IMG/VR virus record: IMGVR_UViG_2660238120_000001
Span: 1-38,106 of that record
Strand: one strand, 5' to 3'
DNA from: a virus
Length of the DNA: 38,106 nucleotides
The notes under the pieces are model-generated. The model saw nothing but the letters and a program-made list of their open reading frames with translations, was not told the origin of the DNA and searched no databases. Of this stretch, positions 33,779-38,106 are shown piece by piece; position 1 is the first letter of the stretch, and each line of letters starts with the position of its first letter. A program made the translations under genes and the position numbers.

Positions 33779-34877
33779 AACATTTATAAAAATCATGAGA
33801 TATTTTGTTTGATGGAAAACCAAAGGATTTACTTAGAAATGAATTAATAAAATTAAAATAAATATCTAATAGCGGAAAAAATATAACGGCATTAGACTTA
33901 TTATCGGTAAAAAGACATATCAAAAAAATGGACACCACACCGTACCTTACAGAGTATGAGAAAAATTTAATCAAATGTTGTTTTCTTTTAAAAAGCTTTA
34001 AAAATTTTTCTATCAATAAAGATAGTCTTCTGAATTTAATATATTGTGATATCGTTCTTACATTTGCACTACATGCTTTTATAATTAATGTAATCTCAAT
34101 AGGTATATATATCAAAAAAGCAAAACAAAGTGGTGAAGCCAAAAGACTACTAATGACATAGTGAAAATCACTAAAAAAATGGCCTTTAGAAGTTAAAAAA
34201 TATATAATATGTGTTAAATATTTCCATTGTAAAGTTTGATAAATAAGCATTAACAAAGAAATTATGAAAAAAGCTTTCGAAATATCAAAAGATATTATAC
34301 TACTACCATTTTTTACAAAATGAAAATATTGCTTTTGAAGATAATCTATGTCATTAGCATTTAAGGTAGTAAAGTCGCAAACTTTATAAACAAGACTTAC
34401 AGCTTTTTTATCTTCTTCACTAGTTTTTACAAAACAGGATAATTTATTCATAATACTATTTTTAACATCTCGAGTATTCCAATCAGATTTTAATAAAATC
34501 CTACATAGCTGTCTAAAAACAAATCTTTCATTTGCACCTCTAACATACATGTTTCTCCTTATATTAATAAGTCTATTTGATAACAAATAATGATAATAAA
34601 ATAAGCAGACATCATCTATTTCTAGATATCTATTTGCTGTTCTTTCATCAAATAGTTTATTATCCATTCCTCTAGTTGCACTTAAGCAAGTCCTAAATAG
34701 TTCTAAATCTTGACGACTTATTTCAGTCTTTTGAGATAGTTTGTATAAGTCTGCCCTCCATTCCGATTCACTATGTATAGATGATTTTTCACTATTTATT
34801 CTATTAAAAACGGCAGTTATTATAGCTGCTACAACACTTCCAGTAATTAAACTAGTCACGAAACTCATACCAAACAA
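33777..34877 (-). CDS. Hypothetical cargo protein: N-terminal TM anchor, about 180-aa soluble part, C-terminal multi-TM domain (366 aa)
   Basis: This looks like the most AT-rich gene of the window. It has its own promoter and terminators on both sides. N-terminal module SLITGSVVAAIITAVFNRIN....W. Confidence 0.75.
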   Translation of the reverse strand: MFGMSFVTSLITGSVVAAIITAVFNRINSEKSSIHSESEWRADLYKLSQKTEISRQDLELFRTCLSATRGMDNKLFDERTANRYLEIDDVCLFYYHYLLSNRLINIRRNMYVRGANERFVFRQLCRILLKSDWNTRDVKNSIMNKLSCFVKTSEEDKKAVSLVYKVCDFTTLNANDIDYLQKQYFHFVKNGSSIISFDISKAFFIISLLMLIYQTLQWKYLTHIIYFLTSKGHFFSDFHYVISSLLASPLCFAFLIYIPIEITLIIKACSANVRTISQYIKFRRLSLLIEKFLKLFKRKQHLIKFFSYSVRYGVVSIFLICLFTDNKSNAVIFFPLLDIYFNFINSFLSKSFGFPSNKISHDFYKC

Positions 34878-34939
34878 CTCTTTCTATATAAATTATAAAA
34901 ACATAAGCATTATATATAATATCATTTTCAAGCAATAAT

Positions 34940-34965
34940 AAAAAAGCCTATTTGCATAGGCTTTT
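34940..34965 (-). terminator. Minus-strand terminator insulating the cargo gene from the par/TA region
   Basis: On the minus strand: AAAAGCCTAT, GCAA, ATAGGCTTTTTT. Confidence 0.6.
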
Positions 34966-35025
34966 GATGAAGTTATAGTTTGGTATTATTTAACGATTCA
35001 TATCTAATTTTAAAGTTATCTAATT

Positions 35026-35035
35026 TAATGTATAA
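35026..35035 (+). promoter_or_regulatory. Extended -10 promoter (TGTATAAT) for the toxin mRNA
   Basis: AATGTATAAT lies about 100 nt upstream of the toxin ATG. Confidence 0.4.
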
Positions 35036-35135
35036 TAACGTCTAGTAGAGAAGTTAATGGACGGTGGCTGTCTTTTTCCCGAAGAGGTGATTTCTATGGA
35101 AATATGGAATAATCTACAGAAAGGTTTCACAGCCA

Positions 35136-35222
35136 ATGAGTGTTTTTCAAGCACTTAGTTTGATGTTTATGTTTGGTATGTTTATTTTAGCATTGCTAAC
35201 ATACATCAGTAATCATAAATAA
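35136..35222 (+). CDS. Type I toxin, holin-like toxin (Hol_Tox-type) hydrophobic peptide, 28 aa
   Basis: MSVFQALSLMFMFGMFILALLTYISNHK matches the (D/E/Q)AL.LM..FG.F...L pattern of this peptide family. It has a long 3' UTR with a terminator. Confidence 0.7.
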   Translation: MSVFQALSLMFMFGMFILALLTYISNHK

Positions 35223-35348
35223 AAAAGCCGTCCCATTATATAACTTTGACCGGTTATGGGATAGCTTTCAATAGTTTTTCGTAACTTAGTCACCGTCTTT
35301 TAAACGGCTTTACTTGAAAGTCCTGTTACAGCAGGGCTTTTTATTTAC
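35221..35348 (-). ncRNA. Candidate antitoxin antisense RNA overlapping the toxin 3' UTR
   Basis: The minus-strand promoter is ATGACA (35378-35383), 17-nt spacer, TATACT (35355-35360). The minus-strand terminator hairpin is at 35227-35265, followed by T6 (35221-35226). Confidence 0.35.
35317..35346 (+). terminator. Terminator of the toxin mRNA
   Basis: AAAGTCCTG, loop, CAGGGCTTT, then TTATTT. Confidence 0.65.
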
Positions 35349-35452
35349 AAACATAGTATATAACACATTATTTTATTTGTCATTTATTTAATTTACGTTA
35401 TACATTTATTCACTCATACATAAAACATTACCTATTCTAGTATTTTTTTACT

Positions 35453-35749
35453 TTATTTGCCTTTGCTTCTTATCTCATATGCTCTTAAATACATATTAAA
35501 TAAAGTTCTCTGTTCGGCTGTTAAGTCTTTTTCAGCCTTATCTAATATATCAGCTACAAAATCATCTTGACTAGAATATCCAAGTGCATTTTGAAAAGCA
35601 TTAATTTTTCCAACACTTTGTTTTTGTATTCTCAAACTACTATATTGTTTATTTTTGCGTGGTCTTCCTAAATTGTTAGTTTTTTTCTTAGTGTTTCGAG
35701 ATTCTATTAACTCAACCTCACCATTGATTTTATATTTAATATCATCCAC
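35453..35749 (-). CDS. Small basic DNA-binding-type protein, third paralogue in the parA operon (98 aa)
   Basis: GTG start overlaps the upstream TAG. N-terminus KYKINGEVEL, a basic linker, then SLRIQKQSVGKINAF...LFNMYL. Confidence 0.7.
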   Translation of the reverse strand: MDDIKYKINGEVELIESRNTKKKTNNLGRPRKNKQYSSLRIQKQSVGKINAFQNALGYSSQDDFVADILDKAEKDLTAEQRTLFNMYLRAYEIRSKGK

Positions 35750-36048
35750 TACTTTCTTTTTGAATCAGCTAATTCGTCACGCTTTTCTAACGAGTTGTAT
35801 AGCATGTTAAACATTGGTTTTCTATCATCTGGCAGATTATCATAATAAAGTCTCATAGCAACTTCAAAGCCATCCTTTTGTGTTGGAGCATCACCCATTA
35901 AAACCATTGTTTGAAGTTTATTTTTTGTTCTACTATCTATGGACAACGTTGTTTTTCTTGAAAAATTACTTTTATCTAAGTTTTTATTATCGTTTGATTT
36001 ACCCACATCAGACGTAATTTCTATTTCGCCATCAACTTTATATTTCAT
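35749..36048 (-). CDS. Small basic DNA-binding-type protein, second paralogue (99 aa)
   Basis: N-terminus KYKVDGEIEI, a basic linker, then TLSIDSRTKNKLQTM...MFNMLY. Confidence 0.7.
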   Translation of the reverse strand: MKYKVDGEIEITSDVGKSNDNKNLDKSNFSRKTTLSIDSRTKNKLQTMVLMGDAPTQKDGFEVAMRLYYDNLPDDRKPMFNMLYNSLEKRDELADSKRK

Positions 36049-36056
36049 CTATATTA

Positions 36057-36335
36057 TCACTCCATAAAAACATTGTATTTACGTTTTTCAGAATCTGAAG
36101 CCTCAGCAATATATTTGTCAGCTAACAACTGAATAACTTCATAATCGTAAGTTAATCCATTGATCATTTTAATTGCATCGATAGATTTCTTTTGTATTTC
36201 AGAAACCTTAATATTTTTTCTGTGTTGTTCAACTTTTTTTGGTGTTTTTTTAGCTGTATTTTTTATCTTTTTTTCATCAAATGAACTTTTAGGCGTAAAA
36301 TTGCCAGCTTTTCTAAACATTGTACTTTTAGCCAT
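36057..36335 (-). CDS. Small basic protein directly after parA; candidate centromere-binding adaptor (RepC/PrgO-position)
   Basis: Basic disordered N-terminus, then NIKVSEIQKKSIDAIKMINGL... (a strand-helix-helix look). Confidence 0.7.
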   Translation of the reverse strand: MAKSTMFRKAGNFTPKSSFDEKKIKNTAKKTPKKVEQHRKNIKVSEIQKKSIDAIKMINGLTYDYEVIQLLADKYIAEASDSEKRKYNVFME

Positions 36336-36346
36336 TGTGTACTCCC

Positions 36347-37201
36347 CTATTCATATTCATAGTAATTTAATCTTTTTAGGAATTCATTTGTAACTCTTTC
36401 ATACACACCTATTACCTTTTTATCAAAGAAATCTACTTCTTTTATTCCGTTCACATCAAAACGTTTGATACGTTCCATTTGTGGCACTACATTTTCAAAT
36501 ATATTTTCTGCACCAAATTCTTTTTTGGCAGTTTTCATTATATATTGATCGACAGTGCCTTTATTTTTATGAAGAACTTCTAGAACTCCGAGTATATCTA
36601 CATCTAATTCATATTGGTTTCTTAACTTCAATAAAGTGTTCAAGTAGTTTTCTGCACCAGTTAAAGCACGTTCTTGAGTTTGTAGAGAAATTAAAACATA
36701 GTCACTCATTATGACTGAATTATTTGTAACCTCTAAACTCATAGGTGGCACATCTAACAAAATTATGTCGTACTTTTCTTTTAAAGGTTCAAACATTGGT
36801 TCTAGAAAATGGTCCACTTCTTCATCACTAGACGTATTTCTATATATAAACTTTGGAAAATCTTCAAAGTCTATAAAACTAGGCAGCAAATCTAAGTTAG
36901 GAACTATATTAACAGGCAAATCTGTTAAGTTACCTTCTTGAACTCCAGCCATTAATGTTTTAGATATAGTAGATACTTCATCTGGAGTATTATTTGATTT
37001 AGTAAGCATCAAAGACTTTGTAGCATTTGATTGCGGATCTAGGTCTGCTACAAGAGTTTTGATTCCAAATTTCGATAACATATACCCTATTAATGTAGCA
37101 TTAGTAGTTTTTCCAACTCCACCTTTTTGGTTTCCTATAGTTATAGTTATTGCTTTTTTTCTACTTTTTAATTTTTTTATCAAATCTTCTTTTTTGTACA
37201 T
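36347..37201 (-). CDS. parA: ParA/Soj-family partition ATPase
   Basis: Deviant Walker A ITIGNQKGGVGKTT. DLDPQ. Divergent from rep. Confidence 0.92.
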   Translation of the reverse strand: MYKKEDLIKKLKSRKKAITITIGNQKGGVGKTTNATLIGYMLSKFGIKTLVADLDPQSNATKSLMLTKSNNTPDEVSTISKTLMAGVQEGNLTDLPVNIVPNLDLLPSFIDFEDFPKFIYRNTSSDEEVDHFLEPMFEPLKEKYDIILLDVPPMSLEVTNNSVIMSDYVLISLQTQERALTGAENYLNTLLKLRNQYELDVDILGVLEVLHKNKGTVDQYIMKTAKKEFGAENIFENVVPQMERIKRFDVNGIKEVDFFDKKVIGVYERVTNEFLKRLNYYEYE

Positions 37202-37234
37202 TAAATCAGCCCCTTTAACAATATTATATCACAA

Positions 37235-37322
37235 AGATACATGGCTACATAGCTCTAAAGATACAAAGGTACAAGGGTACATTTATCTTTTGATACATGG
37301 ATACAAGGGTACATAGATACAT
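37235..37322. repeat. Array A of phased 8-bp repeats (consensus RGNTACAW), 9 of 11 octads match
   Basis: AGATACAT GGCTACAT agctctaa AGATACAA AGGTACAA GGGTACAT ttatcttt TGATACAT GGATACAA GGGTACAT AGATACAT. The array abuts the parA -10 region. Confidence 0.85.
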
Positions 37323-37370
37323 TCAATTTTTAAAATATTGATATAAAGGCTATATAAGCTGTTTAGCCAA

Positions 37371-37442
37371 AGATACATGTAGCTTCTGATACATAGATAC
37401 AAGGGTACATAGATACATAGATACATAGATACATGGCTACAT
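37371..37442. repeat. Array B of phased 8-bp repeats, 8 of 9 octads match
   Basis: AGATACAT gtagcttc TGATACAT AGATACAA GGGTACAT AGATACAT AGATACAT AGATACAT GGCTACAT. Confidence 0.85.
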
Positions 37443-37456
37443 AATAAATTAGTGGT

Positions 37457-37485
37457 TTGACAAAGCCAGCTTTATAAGGTTTAAT
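37457..37485 (+). promoter_or_regulatory. Candidate rep promoter
   Basis: TTGACA (37457-37462), 17-nt spacer, TTTAAT (37480-37485). Confidence 0.45.
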
Positions 37486-37493
37486 TAATGTAA

Positions 37494-37572
37494 ATAAAAA
37501 AGCAGTCATCCACGGGCATGGATAACTGCTTAAAATAATTACATAACAATCAAATTGTGTGTTTTCAAATCA
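37494..37572 (-). ncRNA. Candidate countertranscript (antisense RNA) against the rep mRNA leader
   Basis: The minus-strand promoter is TTGAAT (37602-37607), 17-nt spacer, TATAAT (37579-37584). The 12-bp hairpin at 37501-37530 is followed by a T-run only on the minus strand. Confidence 0.45.
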
Positions 37573-37621
37573 ATACATATTATAACATGATTGTTATGTA
37601 TATTCAAAAGGAGAATGTACT

Positions 37622-38106
37622 ATGAACAGTCAATTTATTAAACTCTACATAGAATTTGAAGAACAAGGTTTAAATCCAACTGAGGTATCTATAATGTCTC
37701 ATCTCTATAATTATGGGGAATTAAGCCTTAAAAATAATTGGATTAAAAATGGCATGGTTTTCGTGAAATACCTACGTGAGTCCTTAGCCGACCAAATCAA
37801 TGTTTCTAAAGATACCATTACTCGTACTGTTAAAAGTTTAGAAGATAAAGGCTGGATCATTGCCAAGCGACAACGTAACGCTGCAACTATCTACTTTTTA
37901 CCTCAATATGAGTTCAATTCATCAGTTAGGAAAACGCAAATTGCAACCCCGGAAAACGCAAATTGCAACCAGAACTATACTAATTTAAATAAACTACATG
38001 CTAATACAGTTAATACAGGGTCAGCAGCTAAAAATGAATCCGTAGTGGATAAAGTTAAACAATGGAGTCAAGCAACGCAACAGAAGTTAGGTTTAACTTT
38101 TAGTTC
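37622..38106 (+). CDS. repA: RepA_N-family plasmid replication initiator, 5' part (continues at base 57 after the 56-nt overlap)
   Basis: SD AAGGAG at 37608-37613. LNPTEVSIMSHLYNYGELSLKNNWIKNGMVFVKYLRESLADQINVSKDTITRTVKSLEDKGWI fits the RepA_N N-terminal pattern. Confidence 0.85.
   Translation, partial: MNSQFIKLYIEFEEQGLNPTEVSIMSHLYNYGELSLKNNWIKNGMVFVKYLRESLADQINVSKDTITRTVKSLEDKGWIIAKRQRNAATIYFLPQYEFNSSVRKTQIATPENANCNQNYTNLNKLHANTVNTGSAAKNESVVDKVKQWSQATQQKLGLTFS
37929..37970. repeat. Two 20-bp direct repeats inside rep (candidate plasmid oriV)
   Basis: GGAAAACGCAAATTGCAACC at 37929-37948 and 37951-37970, a period of 22 bp. Confidence 0.8.
38051..38106. repeat. 56-nt copy of bases 1-56 (contig closure overlap)
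   Basis: Base-for-base identity, in frame with rep. Confidence 0.95.

Larger units (their letters stand above)
1..38106. mobile_element. Complete circular temperate phage-plasmid (unit about 38,050 bp): PBSX-like myovirus modules plus RepA_N/ParA/type I TA plasmid block; no integrase next to the repressor
   Basis: Ends overlap by 56 identical nt, in frame inside one ORF. Full head, tail, lysis, early and immunity modules are present. The rep/par/TA genes occupy the usual int/attP position. Confidence 0.8.

Noticed and set aside
35096-35158. The uORF upstream of the toxin (MEIWNNLQKGFTANECFSST), considered as the real gene of the locus.
   Set aside because: The hydrophobic 28-aa frame matches a known toxin peptide pattern, whereas the uORF product does not resemble anything I recognise. 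It is kept only as a possible translational-control element within the TA finding.
37235-37442. Short tandem repeats considered as a CRISPR array.
   Set aside because: The units are 8 bp and contiguous, with no spacers. They lie between divergent parA and rep promoters, which fits centromere or iteron-type binding sites instead.
38051-38106. The 56-nt identical ends, considered as a biological direct terminal repeat or cos region.
   Set aside because: The repeat lies in the middle of the rep ORF and preserves its reading frame. The terminase is of the PBSX (headful) type. An assembly overlap of a circular molecule is the simpler reading. The ends of virion DNA cannot be inferred here.

Overview
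The window is one complete, circularly closed replicon of about 38,050 bp. Bases 38051-38106 repeat bases 1-56 exactly. One ORF, a RepA_N-type initiator starting at ATG 37622, reads in frame through that junction to a stop at 499-501.

Most of the minus strand is a PBSX/Xkd-like contractile-tail temperate phage:
- Early genes: a cro-like gene, a replisome organizer with internal iterons, an HNH-like gene, an HTH gene and a RinA-family late activator.
- A small tyrosine recombinase.
- Head genes: terS, PBSX-family terL, portal, MuF, scaffold and capsid.
- Tail genes: connector genes, sheath, tube, a chaperone with a likely -1 frameshift, and the tape measure.
- XkdP-to-XkdX-like baseplate and fibre genes, two holins and a GH25 endolysin.

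Temperate phages usually carry integrase/attP beside the repressor. This element instead carries a plasmid maintenance block:
- a RepA_N initiator with 20-bp repeats inside the gene;
- a predicted countertranscript;
- a divergent ParA operon with three small paralogous proteins;
- two arrays of phased 8-bp repeats;
- a holin-like type I toxin with a convergent antisense transcript.

I read it as a phage-plasmid of a low-GC Firmicute. The backbone looks Lactobacillales or enterococcal-plasmid-like, but the host cannot be determined here.

The most unusual signals are:
1. The hexamer GGGATG/CATCCC (often TAGGGATG) occurs about 63 times, all between 5961 and 30819.
2. A MuF head protein is fused to an anthrax-LF-like HEFGH metalloprotease domain.
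3. The tyrosine recombinase has an internally duplicated half-domain and sits next to a lox-like palindrome.
4. AT-rich cargo genes of unknown function include two that share an N-terminal membrane-anchor module and a 283-aa gene with a convergent overlapping small gene.

All family names come from motif recognition by eye. No database search or exact statistics were run, and the counts are hand counts.
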